DNA from: an uncultured Gemmatimonadales bacterium
Lineage (GTDB): Bacteria; Gemmatimonadota; Gemmatimonadetes; Gemmatimonadales; Gemmatimonadaceae
Length of the DNA: 64,000 bases
Assembly: GCA_963707505.1 (NCBI GenBank)
Contig: CAVPQB010000004.1
Coordinates: forward strand, 448,001 to 512,000
Reading direction: 5' to 3'
Below, one piece after another: positions 11,385 through 20,132 of this stretch. How positions within the stretch are numbered: the stretch's first letter is position 1; every line of letters starts with the position of its first letter. The notes below the pieces were generated by a model. It searched no databases and was not told where the DNA came from. It saw only the letters and a list, made by a program, of their open reading frames with translations. The position numbers and the translations under genes are program-made.

Positions 11385-12629
11385 CTACACTACCCGGCGG
11401 AAGACCAGCGCGGCATTGATACCGCCGAATCCGAATGAGTTGCTGAGCACGTGCTCCACCCGGTCGGAATGCCCTGTCCCCGTGATGTAGTTAAGATCGC
11501 ACGCCGGGTCGCGCTCGGTAAGGTTCACGGTAGGCGGAAGCCATTCCCGGTCGATTGCGAGAGCGCAGATCGCAGCCTCGATCGCTCCGGATGCACCCAA
11601 CGCATGGCCGTAATATCCCTTGGTTCCGCTCGCCTGCACAGTCGCGGCCGAATCGCCGAATACCTGCTTGATTGCTACCGTCTCAGTTGGATCGTTGAGC
11701 GGAGTCGAGCTGCCGTGCGCATTGATGTATCCGATCTCGGATGGGGACACCGCTGCGTCGCTCAGCGCCATGCGCATCGCGCGCGCGGCCTGCGTTCCGT
11801 CAGGCAGGGGCGCTGTCATGTGATGCGCGTCGTTGGTCGTGCCATAACCACAGACTTCGGCGTAGATTCGCGCGCCGCGCGATACTGCCCGATCGTGCTC
11901 CTCCAGTATCAGCACCGCCGTTCCCTCGCCCATCACGAATCCATCACGCTCGTGATCGAACGGTCGCGACGCGTGTTCGGGATCGTCGTTGCGGGTGGAC
12001 ATCGCACGTATGAGAGCGAAGGCGCCAAAGCAGAGCGGCGCGAGTGGCGCCTCGGCGCCTCCTGCTATCATGACGTCAGCGTACCCGTCGCGGATCTGGC
12101 GGAACGCTTCGCCGATCGCCATCGCACCCGACGCGCAGCTCATCGCGTTGGTCGAGTTCGGGCCCGTCACACCCAGCTCGATCGCGATGTTGCAGCTTGC
12201 AGCGCCGCCGAACACCGCGAGCGCGAGTGTTGCATCGACCGCGCGCAACCCCTCGCGAAGAAACACGCTGAGCTGTTCTTCCGCGTAACCCACGCCGCCG
12301 AGCGCGGTGCCCATCATGGCGCCGACTCTGTCTCTATCCTCGGTGGCGAGATCGATTTCGGAGTCCTCGATGGCCTGCTTCGCCGCGGCCACGGAAAACT
12401 GACCGAACCGGTCCAGCCGTCGCGCGCGCTTGCTCTCGATGAAATCGTTCGGATCGAAGTCCGGAACCTCAGCAGCGTTGTGACTGCGAAAGATCGACGG
12501 GTCGAATCGTGTGAGCGAGCGTACTGCCGATCGCTCACGCAGCACGCCCTCCCACATTCCTTCCTTGGTGGAGCCGATTGGTGTTATCGCACCGATCCCG
12601 GTTATCACTACTCTTCGTCTGCTACTCAT
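11385..12629 (-). CDS. fabF: Beta-ketoacyl-ACP synthase II (FabF-type ketosynthase)
   Basis: RRVVITGIGAITPIG start, catalytic Cys in NAMSCASG, YINAHGSST, GHALGASG, SNSFGFGG; ATG overlaps the SRPBCC stop (ATGA). Confidence 0.9.
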   Translation of the reverse strand: MSSRRRVVITGIGAITPIGSTKEGMWEGVLRERSAVRSLTRFDPSIFRSHNAAEVPDFDPNDFIESKRARRLDRFGQFSVAAAKQAIEDSEIDLATEDRDRVGAMMGTALGGVGYAEEQLSVFLREGLRAVDATLALAVFGGAASCNIAIELGVTGPNSTNAMSCASGAMAIGEAFRQIRDGYADVMIAGGAEAPLAPLCFGAFALIRAMSTRNDDPEHASRPFDHERDGFVMGEGTAVLILEEHDRAVSRGARIYAEVCGYGTTNDAHHMTAPLPDGTQAARAMRMALSDAAVSPSEIGYINAHGSSTPLNDPTETVAIKQVFGDSAATVQASGTKGYYGHALGASGAIEAAICALAIDREWLPPTVNLTERDPACDLNYITGTGHSDRVEHVLSNSFGFGGINAALVFRRVV

Positions 12630-13120
12630 TCGGCCTCCGCCACGCGTGCCAGCCCTGCAAGAGTGCGCGACGCGATGCCGTGCACGAACACTGGTCCAAT
12701 CACCGTTGTGGCCGCGAATTCTCCGATCAGCGGCCACTCGGGTCCGTTCCACACGTGCAGGACACGAACGTGCGTCCCCGCCGGTGTGGGCTCGAAGCTC
12801 CACTCGACGTCCATTCCACTCGTAACACCAGCAACGTGCCGAAACCGAACTGCCGGCGCGCTGTCGATCACCTGCATGTCCGATCGCCACCATGTGGGCC
12901 AGTCGAGCAGCCCGAACGGTCTGTTGGCCGACATCTCCACCACCCCGCCACCATCCGCCTCCTGCCTGTTGAACCGAACGAAGCGATAGTGCGGAAGATG
13001 CTCCGGCCAGCGACTCACATCCCGCGCGAGCGCGAAGATCCGGCGTAATGGCGCGCGCACCTCGAGCTCGTCCAGGACGTGCATGCGACGGCCAGCTGGC
13101 ATCGGTCCCAGGTCGATCAC
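12626..13120 (-). CDS. SRPBCC / polyketide cyclase-dehydrase (START-fold) protein
   Basis: VRAPLRRIFALARDVSRWPEHLPHY, GMDVEWSFEP; GTG start overlaps the methyltransferase stop (GTGA). Confidence 0.8.
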   Translation of the reverse strand: MIDLGPMPAGRRMHVLDELEVRAPLRRIFALARDVSRWPEHLPHYRFVRFNRQEADGGGVVEMSANRPFGLLDWPTWWRSDMQVIDSAPAVRFRHVAGVTSGMDVEWSFEPTPAGTHVRVLHVWNGPEWPLIGEFAATTVIGPVFVHGIASRTLAGLARVAEAE

Positions 13121-13830
13121 GTTGCACACTCGCCCGCAGTCGGAACCCAGCTTGTCGTGATCCTGAAGCCGAGTCGCCGATGCACCGTTGGGTGCACGCC
13201 GAGCGCGTCGAATACGGCCGTCGATAATTCTCCCGGTGTGTAACCGCGCATTACCGACAGCACGCCATCGTGCCGCGTAACGCTGTGAAACCGGAGCGGA
13301 AACGACGCCACCCAGAACCCCGCAGCCGCGATCCAGCTACGCTGCAGGTCGCTGACAACGACCGCCACACGGGCCACGCGATTCATCTCCCGCAGCAGTG
13401 CGCGCTCTTCGTTGTCGCGAAAATGATGCAATGTCTGAGAGCACATCACGACATCCACGCTTCCATCACCGAATGGTAGTGCAAGTCCGCTGCCGCATAT
13501 CGCGTACGATACTGAACCGGACGCCGATCTTGCGATCACAGGCTCGGCGTCCAACCCCACGGTAGTCAGAGTTACATGGTGAGCTGCGGCGGCAATGACC
13601 GCCGCACGCGGAATGTCGCCGCGCCCCGTGCCTACATCCAACAGGGTCGCTGCTTTTGGAAGGCGCGCGAAGTGCAGCGCAAGCTCCGCGATCGCCGAGC
13701 GGGTCCCTCTGAAGATGATGTTCGAGCGTCGAAGGTCCTCGACTGTTCGAAGAACGAGTCTCTCGTCTTCCTGACGGGAATCGAGCAGCTCCTTTCCGTA
13801 TCTGCGCCGCGGTGTCAGCAACCCTCGCAT
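13117..13830 (-). CDS. Class I SAM-dependent methyltransferase
   Basis: LLDVGTGRGD motif I, LPFGDGSVDVVMCSQTLHHF, LREMNRVAR, TRHDGVLSV. Confidence 0.9.
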   Translation of the reverse strand: MRGLLTPRRRYGKELLDSRQEDERLVLRTVEDLRRSNIIFRGTRSAIAELALHFARLPKAATLLDVGTGRGDIPRAAVIAAAAHHVTLTTVGLDAEPVIARSASGSVSYAICGSGLALPFGDGSVDVVMCSQTLHHFRDNEERALLREMNRVARVAVVVSDLQRSWIAAAGFWVASFPLRFHSVTRHDGVLSVMRGYTPGELSTAVFDALGVHPTVHRRLGFRITTSWVPTAGECAT

Positions 13831-13838
13831 AGTTGAGC

Positions 13839-14315
13839 CTATCGTTCCAACTGCGCGAATCCACCACGATAGTAGAGTAGCGGCCGCGCATCACGCATCG
13901 ACGCCGCCACGGTTTCTCCGATGATGACAGTGTGATCGCCAGCCTCAGTCGCGGATACGCGTTTGCATTCGACGAATGCGAGCACGTCGTTGAGGAGCGG
14001 CACGCCGTTCTCGCCATTCCGGTAACCGATTCCCTCGAATCGCTGCGCGCCCGTATCCGCGAACCGCCGTGCGATCGCCTCCTGAGTGGATGCGAGGATG
14101 TTGACCGCGAAGTACGGCGCCTTCGTCAGTGTGTCGTGCAGCGACGCGGCGTGATCGATGCACATCACCACCAGTGGCGGCTCGAGTGACACCGACGCAA
14201 AGGCGCTGACCGTCATCCCGTACGCCGATCCCGCTTCGTCCGTCGCAGTGACGACTGTGACACCGCTCGCGAACCTTCCCATTACTGCCCTGAATGCATC
14301 CGGATCGAGGCTCAT
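13839..14315 (-). CDS. Flavin reductase (HpaC/RutF family)
   Basis: FRAVMGRFASGVTVVT, GMTVSAFASVSLEPPLV, AGDHTVIIG, PLLYYRGGF; ATGA overlap with the oxidoreductase. Confidence 0.95.
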   Translation of the reverse strand: MSLDPDAFRAVMGRFASGVTVVTATDEAGSAYGMTVSAFASVSLEPPLVVMCIDHAASLHDTLTKAPYFAVNILASTQEAIARRFADTGAQRFEGIGYRNGENGVPLLNDVLAFVECKRVSATEAGDHTVIIGETVAASMRDARPLLYYRGGFAQLER

Positions 14316-15547
14316 ACACCGAACAGTAACAGCCGTGCGAAATACCCGAGTCTCAACACCTGGCTCGCCGGCACGAATCCCCCCGCCACCCCTACGAGCA
14401 GGTCTGCCATTTCCTTGCGCCTGGACAGCGCGCGCGCCGCGTGGTTGATGAGAGCGGGAACGGCTACGGTTCCTGCAATCAGCCTCTCGACTTGCCACTT
14501 TCCGTGGAACTCCGCGCGCCGAGCGCGTTCGTACGCGGCCAGCGCGCGATCCGCGCGACCCGTGCCAGCCGCGTTCGTCGCTGCCTCAGCTGCGAACGGC
14601 GCCAGCAGCTCGCCGCCGCGCAACGCGCTGTACACACCTTCGCCGGTGAATGGATCGAAGAAATCAGCGGCGTCTCCCACCAAGGCTGCGCCGCGCGCCC
14701 AGGCTCGCTTCGTGTACGACGCAAACGGTCCGGTCGCACGCACGGACTCAACGCGCTCGGCGACCGCGAACCGCGCGGCGAGATGTGGATGACCGATCAG
14801 CCACTCGTCCAGCATAGTGTCCGGATCCACCGCTGCGTCACGCGCGGCGCGCGCCGGCACCACCAGCGCGACGTTGGTCAGCCCGTTTCCGACGTCGGCG
14901 ATGCCGACGTATCCGTCCCTCTCGACGTGCATCTCGCCAACTTCCGTGACGCCGGGCACGTTCCGGAAGTGCGCGACAAACGCGACGCGGCGCGGAATGC
15001 GCGAGACACGCGTGAGTCCCAATCTGCGTCCAACAACCGAGCGCAGGCCGTCTGCGCCAATGACGAGCGGTGCCCTCATCTCGCGCGTGGCGCCATCGGA
15101 ATCCAGAATCATCACACCGCACGTGCGACCGCTACCGTCGCGAATCACGTCGGTGACTCGCGCACGTTGCACAAGTGTTGCGCCCGCCGTCTCTGCCCGC
15201 CCTGCGAGGATTGCATCCAGTATCGATCTTCGTACAGCGATTCCTCGATCTTGGAATGCGCGGTATCCGTGTTCTGCGATGAAGCTTCCGTGTATCTCGC
15301 AGCCGTTCGGCGCACGTACGCGCATGCCTGTGAGCTGTGCCGGACCGGATGCTTCGACCTGTTCCATTGCGCCCATGGCGGCGATGATGCGCGATGCCTG
15401 AGGGCTGAGGTATTCGGCGCAGACCTTGTCGCGGGGGAAGGTCGCGCGATCGAGCAGCATCACATCGATTCCCGACTTCGCGAGATGCCATGCTGTGGAC
15501 GATCCACCGGGTCCCGCTCCGACGACTATCGCTTGCGTCTTTCTCAT
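14312..15547 (-). CDS. NAD(P)/FAD-dependent oxidoreductase, geranylgeranyl-reductase family
   Basis: VVGAGPGGSSTA, FPRDKVCAE, IGADGLRSVV, LVGDAADFFDPFTGEGVYSAL. Confidence 0.9.
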   Translation of the reverse strand: MRKTQAIVVGAGPGGSSTAWHLAKSGIDVMLLDRATFPRDKVCAEYLSPQASRIIAAMGAMEQVEASGPAQLTGMRVRAPNGCEIHGSFIAEHGYRAFQDRGIAVRRSILDAILAGRAETAGATLVQRARVTDVIRDGSGRTCGVMILDSDGATREMRAPLVIGADGLRSVVGRRLGLTRVSRIPRRVAFVAHFRNVPGVTEVGEMHVERDGYVGIADVGNGLTNVALVVPARAARDAAVDPDTMLDEWLIGHPHLAARFAVAERVESVRATGPFASYTKRAWARGAALVGDAADFFDPFTGEGVYSALRGGELLAPFAAEAATNAAGTGRADRALAAYERARRAEFHGKWQVERLIAGTVAVPALINHAARALSRRKEMADLLVGVAGGFVPASQVLRLGYFARLLLFGV

Positions 15548-15560
15548 CGACGTACTGCCG

Positions 15561-16421
15561 TTACCCAATCGAGCCCCAGTCTCCGAAGTTTCTTGCGATG
15601 CAATAAACGATGACTCCGAGTACAAAACCCGCTGCTGTGGAAAGTAGGTTTACTACATCGTTGTCGATCCGAATGATTCCTCCGACTCGGCGGGTGGTAG
15701 CCCCGCAGCGGTGAACCGTCCGTTCCGTAGGTTCTGCGCAGTCGTCGCACCAGCGCCGCTCCTGCACGGTCGCGCCGAGCAGCGAGTCGATGATCGATCC
15801 GCCAAAGCCTCCGACCAGCGCAGCGAGAAGGACTCCATGTCCTCGAAAGCCCGCCAGCATGGCGCAGAGTGCGACCCATGCGGCACCGGAGACGGAGCCC
15901 AGGAGCCCCGCACCCGTCACGCCTCCAGAAGTGCCAGAACGGACGATCGTTCCGGTAGTAATCAATCTCGGTTCGCCTCCCAGCCAAACCCCTATCTCTG
16001 TTGCCCATGTGTCCGAAGACGCCGCTGCCAGCGCTCCGACGGCTCCCCAGACCAGAGCTGTGGCAGGAACCGCTGCGCTGAGGGCTGCGGCCAGCGAATA
16101 GACCCCTCCGTTCGCCAGAACCTGTATCGCGTCGCGACGCCCGCCCTTGGAAACGACGCTGCCACTGCGCGCTTCCTTGTCGTCCTTGCCGGCCCATGAG
16201 AGGACCGTAGCGGCCAGGAAATAGGCAATCAGCAGTACGGCCCATCGCCAGCCGGCGATGACGCACAACGTCCCGCAGGCTGCTGCCGCGACGGCTCCGC
16301 TCCCGCTCAGCGACCGTGCTCGCCGCGCGAGCAGCGCTGCCACGATCGCGAGCGCGAGCCCAATGGCAGCCCGGCCCAGCAGACTCAAGCTTCCGTTTTG
16401 CGCGAAAATTGTCTCAGTCAC
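15561..16421 (-). CDS. DUF92 (TMEM19/VTE6-like) membrane protein
   Basis: SLSGSGAVAA, RDAIQVLANGG, SDTWATEIG, GTSGGVT, DSLLGATVQ, C-terminal CxxC...HxC, IDNDVVN. Confidence 0.9.
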   Translation of the reverse strand: MTETIFAQNGSLSLLGRAAIGLALAIVAALLARRARSLSGSGAVAAAACGTLCVIAGWRWAVLLIAYFLAATVLSWAGKDDKEARSGSVVSKGGRRDAIQVLANGGVYSLAAALSAAVPATALVWGAVGALAAASSDTWATEIGVWLGGEPRLITTGTIVRSGTSGGVTGAGLLGSVSGAAWVALCAMLAGFRGHGVLLAALVGGFGGSIIDSLLGATVQERRWCDDCAEPTERTVHRCGATTRRVGGIIRIDNDVVNLLSTAAGFVLGVIVYCIARNFGDWGSIG

Positions 16422-16448
16422 TCGTGGGAGTTAACTTGGCGCTCTAAT

Positions 16449-17000
16449 ATGTCGCCAGCCTATCCCACGTCAGTCGATCCGCTCGTGCCGCTCTCTCTAC
16501 TCGAGGCCGTGCGCGAAGCTGACCGCCCGGATGGCGATGGCGAGGCGGAATATGCTCCGGAGTTCCTCAACAAGCGATTGGGAACGACCGACACCATCTA
16601 CGCTCAGATCAGGCGTTACAACGAGGCCGCGAAGCGCGGCCACCCGATACCGGAAGCCGAAGTCGTCGCGCTCGCGCGGCTCATGGGCAGGCGGCCGGAC
16701 GCTATCGAATTGTTCCGGAGCGCTGGTGTCACTATCGCGCGTGCTGCGTACGGGCGGCTCTCTCGCCTCAAGCGCGGCAGCGTGAATCTGCTTCCGCGCA
16801 TCGTCGCGCGGCCCATTGCGCGACGTCAGGCGCAGAAACTGCTCGCCCGGTACTTCGGAGCCAAGCTCAACCGGTCGGGACCGGTACTTCGGATGGATGT
16901 TCCCGCGCGCGCGCCTGTATCGGTGGGTGCCGATGAGCCTGGACGCGAGTATTACGACGCTGCGCTCCGTGAGCTGTTGACTCTTCTTACTCTTACCTGA
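16449..17000 (+). CDS. Hypothetical protein, possibly BchJ/V4R-related (lacking the Cys-containing tail)
   Basis: Compact ORF with coding-like composition, 16 nt upstream of the M24 peptidase; family assignment is weak recall only. Confidence 0.6.
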   Translation: MSPAYPTSVDPLVPLSLLEAVREADRPDGDGEAEYAPEFLNKRLGTTDTIYAQIRRYNEAAKRGHPIPEAEVVALARLMGRRPDAIELFRSAGVTIARAAYGRLSRLKRGSVNLLPRIVARPIARRQAQKLLARYFGAKLNRSGPVLRMDVPARAPVSVGADEPGREYYDAALRELLTLLTLT

Positions 17001-17016
17001 CAGAAGGCCCTGAGAA

Positions 17017-18195
17017 ATGTTGCTTGCCTCAAAACTTGATGAGATCCGCAGTGCCATAGCCGATGCCGGCGTGGACGGCTGGCTGTTGTTTGATTTCCGC
17101 GGAACCAACCCGATCGCCGCGAGCATTGTCGGTATCTCCGGCATGGTGACGCGCCGGTATTTCTGCTACATACCGCGCAATGGAAATCCGGTCGCGATAA
17201 CTCACGCGATAGAGCAGGGCCCCTGGGAGACGTGGCCATCCGACTGGACGAAGTACGTCTACAGCAGTTGGCGCGACCTGGAGGCGTTTCTCGCGAAGAC
17301 GGTATCCGGCAAGCGTGTGGCGATGGAGTATTCCGCGGGCGATGCCGTGCCGTATCTGGATCGCATCCCTGCAGGGGTAGTGGAGATGGTGCGCAATGCC
17401 GGTGCCGAAGTCGTGACGTCGGCCGATCTCGTCACACGCATCTATGCGGTGTGGACGCCGGAGCAGCTCGCATCACACAAACGCGCAGCGGAGCACCTCG
17501 CGCGGATCGCGCGCAACGCGATGGCACTCGCCGGCGAGAAGGCGCGCTCGGGAAGTCCGATGCGCGAGTACGAGCTGCAGCAGCTCATCCGGCAGGAATT
17601 CGACGAAGCGGGTCTGTTCACGGACCACGGCCCGAACGTCTCGACCGGGCTGAGCGCCGCCAATCCACACTACGAGCCAACCGCAGAGCAGTCGGAGCTG
17701 ATCAACGACGGCGATATCCTGTTGATCGATCTCTGGGCACGCGAGCCCGACGGTGTGTACGCCGACCAGACGTGGATGGGCTCGTTGGGACCCGCCAGCG
17801 CGGCGAACGTCACGATCTGGGAGACAGTTCGCGGTGCGCGCGACGCGGCGATCGCAGTGCTTCGCGATCGCATAGAGAATGGCGTTCCTGTCACAGGGGG
17901 CGAAGCCGATGACGCCGCACGCAGTTACATCACCGAGCGCGGCTTCGGCGAAAAATTCACGCACCGTACCGGCCATTCCATAGACTCGCGCGACATACAC
18001 GGCTCCGGTCCGAACATCGACAATCTCGAGAGCCGCGACGTGCGCGTGCTTCTTCCCGGCGTTGCCTTCTCGATCGAGCCGGGCATCTACATAACCGGAC
18101 AGGTTGGGATGCGGAGCGAGGTCAATGGATATGTTTCGGAGGGCTCGCTGCTCATCACGCCGAGCAGGATTCAGGAAGATCTGTTCATCGTATGA
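17017..18195 (+). CDS. M24 family Xaa-Pro aminopeptidase
   Basis: ANPHYEP, LLIDLW, YADQTW, FTHRTGHSI, FSIEPGIY, GMRSE (pita-bread metal ligands). Confidence 0.93.
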   Translation: MLLASKLDEIRSAIADAGVDGWLLFDFRGTNPIAASIVGISGMVTRRYFCYIPRNGNPVAITHAIEQGPWETWPSDWTKYVYSSWRDLEAFLAKTVSGKRVAMEYSAGDAVPYLDRIPAGVVEMVRNAGAEVVTSADLVTRIYAVWTPEQLASHKRAAEHLARIARNAMALAGEKARSGSPMREYELQQLIRQEFDEAGLFTDHGPNVSTGLSAANPHYEPTAEQSELINDGDILLIDLWAREPDGVYADQTWMGSLGPASAANVTIWETVRGARDAAIAVLRDRIENGVPVTGGEADDAARSYITERGFGEKFTHRTGHSIDSRDIHGSGPNIDNLESRDVRVLLPGVAFSIEPGIYITGQVGMRSEVNGYVSEGSLLITPSRIQEDLFIV

Positions 18196-18199
18196 TCCG

Positions 18200-18262
18200 G
18201 TCGTGCGCTGACGTCGTGCGCTGACGTCGTGCGGTGATGTTGGAACGCTAGCGCACGACGTC
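18200..18262. repeat. 13-bp tandem repeat (GTCGTGCGCTGAC x2 plus a degenerate third copy) with an inverted copy forming a hairpin between convergent genes
   Basis: gtcgtgcgctgac gtcgtgcgctgac gtcgtgcggtgat; AGCGCACGACGTC at 18250-18262 is the reverse complement of 18210-18222. Confidence 0.8.
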
Positions 18263-19273
18263 GGTCCATATCCGTGGATCTTCGAGACCAAGTCTCCACA
18301 ACGCAAACTTGGTGATTCCGGTGCGGCGCGCGCCGCGAACGAGAGAATCGAGCAGCGTCGCATCACTCACCCACACGCTCCACCCGTCCGACTCGGCGTG
18401 GAGCGTGTTCGACGCAGGATCGCGCTGCAACGCAACGTGCGCGGCGCGCGCCAGCGCCTCGGCGTCCGCGAACGATACGATCGCTGTCGCACTATCCGAG
18501 CGCCACTGGTATCCGTAGGTCGGGAACGCGGCCACCACGCGCGAACTGCCGACGTCGCCGGCACGCATTCCAAGCGCCCGCATCGCCCAGTCCGGCGACG
18601 CGATCGGCCCTGGTGGTGATGTGAGCCAGTGCTGGTCGTACAACATCACCACCAGGAAATCCACGGCACTGAGCAGCGGCCGGCCGGGATACGCGGCGGT
18701 ATCGGTCGCGGGAATCGCCATTCCGGTCGGCGATACGCCGTGCGCGCGCGCGGAGTCTGCGAAGGCGTTGCTCACGCGAATCAGAACGTCGAGATCGTCG
18801 GGAGTGAGCCCTTCGAAGTCGAGAATCATCCCGCGATAGCCGGCGCTGCCAAGCAGGGTCGCCGTGCGTCCCGCCGCCTGTCCGAGCACGGTGGAATCGC
18901 TGCCGAGGGCGCGAATCGTTTCCGGATGAAACCGCGTGCCATGATATGACGTGACCAGCGCCATGCGCCGGCGGTTGCCGGGATTGTTGCGCACCGACGA
19001 GTCCGCGTACAGTGCGGTTGGCCGGAACGTTGCGCTGTCCAGGACTATGAAACCAGAGATGACCACGTCGAGCTGCGCATCGTGCGCCACCGTGCTGGCC
19101 TCGCTGCGCGCATCCCACGGCGCGACAAAGCCCCAGAATTCGGCGCCTGCCGCCGGGGGCCGGCCACGCGCGGATGCGCAGGCGGCGACGCTCGCTGCGA
19201 CGCTCGCGGCGGCGACGAGGCGTAACCCGCGCAGCAACTGGTTTTTGGCCCGTACCAGGAATCTGGTCGTCAC
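18248..19273 (-). CDS. Glycoside hydrolase family 18 lipoprotein (start uncertain)
   Basis: Lipobox VAAC, catalytic GYRGMILDFE, VVMLYDQHW...PGPIAS, YGYQW, ALWRLGLEDP. Confidence 0.85.
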   Translation of the reverse strand: MTTRFLVRAKNQLLRGLRLVAAASVAASVAACASARGRPPAAGAEFWGFVAPWDARSEASTVAHDAQLDVVISGFIVLDSATFRPTALYADSSVRNNPGNRRRMALVTSYHGTRFHPETIRALGSDSTVLGQAAGRTATLLGSAGYRGMILDFEGLTPDDLDVLIRVSNAFADSARAHGVSPTGMAIPATDTAAYPGRPLLSAVDFLVVMLYDQHWLTSPPGPIASPDWAMRALGMRAGDVGSSRVVAAFPTYGYQWRSDSATAIVSFADAEALARAAHVALQRDPASNTLHAESDGWSVWVSDATLLDSLVRGARRTGITKFALWRLGLEDPRIWTDVVR

Positions 19274-19322
19274 CGTTGGTAAATTAGCAGACTCATCCTT
19301 GTTCGCACTCGAAGTCGGTCGC

Positions 19323-20123
19323 ATGCACGTTTCCAGACACCCAGTTCTCGTGTTGTTCCTGGCTCTTGTCGCCGCCTGTTCGGGTCGCGACAAGAGCTCC
19401 GCCCAGGCCGTCGGTGATACCGTGGGCGCGGCCCATCGCGCGGTAATCGTCGCGCGATCGCCGACTTCCTACAACGGTGGTGCGGTGGCCAGTAGCGGCA
19501 AGATCACCGGAGTGGTCACCTTCAACGGGACACCGCCGGGCGACACCGCGATCATCGTCCCGGCGGACCAGAATGGATGCGGCAAGCCGCTCACCGTCCA
19601 GCTTCTGGCGCGAAGCAGTGGCAAGGTCGCGAACGCAGTCGTCTGGGTTACCGATGTCCGGCAGGGAAAGGCCCTGCCGAGCCAGCGGCGCTTTCAGTTG
19701 ACGAATGACAACTGTGCGTGGGATCCACAGGTTCAGACAGTTGTCACGGGTGGCGCGCTCAATGTCGTGAACTACGATCCGCTCGCCGAGACTGTATTCG
19801 CGACGAATGTCGCGACCGGTGATACGGTCGCGCTCGCGCCGTTCACCGACGACGGTCAGGTAATCCCGTACGACAAGCTGCTGCGTACACCGGGCGTGGT
19901 CGAGTTTTCCGTGGAGAGCAGGCCGATGTCGCGTGCCTGGGTAGTGGTGCTGGATCAGCCGTATTTCGCGACCACCGATGCCGCAGGCGCATTCACCATC
20001 GATAGCGTTCCGCCGGGTGTGCACCACATCCGCGCATGGCACCCGATGCTCGGCATCGCGGACGGAACGGTTACCGTCACCGCGGATGGAACTGCAACGG
20101 TGAATCTGCAGTTCCATCCGTAA
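19323..20123 (+). CDS. Lipoprotein with carboxypeptidase-regulatory-like / cupredoxin-like beta-sandwich domains
   Basis: Lipobox VAAC, GKITGVVTF, VANAVVWV, PYFATTDAAGAFTIDSVPPGVHHIRAWHP. Confidence 0.8.
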   Translation: MHVSRHPVLVLFLALVAACSGRDKSSAQAVGDTVGAAHRAVIVARSPTSYNGGAVASSGKITGVVTFNGTPPGDTAIIVPADQNGCGKPLTVQLLARSSGKVANAVVWVTDVRQGKALPSQRRFQLTNDNCAWDPQVQTVVTGGALNVVNYDPLAETVFATNVATGDTVALAPFTDDGQVIPYDKLLRTPGVVEFSVESRPMSRAWVVVLDQPYFATTDAAGAFTIDSVPPGVHHIRAWHPMLGIADGTVTVTADGTATVNLQFHP

Positions 20124-20132
20124 CGGTCAGAA

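Noticed and set aside
11385..13120. Canonical type II PKS
   Set aside because: No chain-length factor or ACP gene; the KS motifs are FabF-like. Kept only as an orphan operon finding.
18200..18240. Short direct repeats as a CRISPR array (also 52645-52673 and 34240-34282)
   Set aside because: Units are 11-13 bp, contiguous, without spacers, and there are no cas genes.
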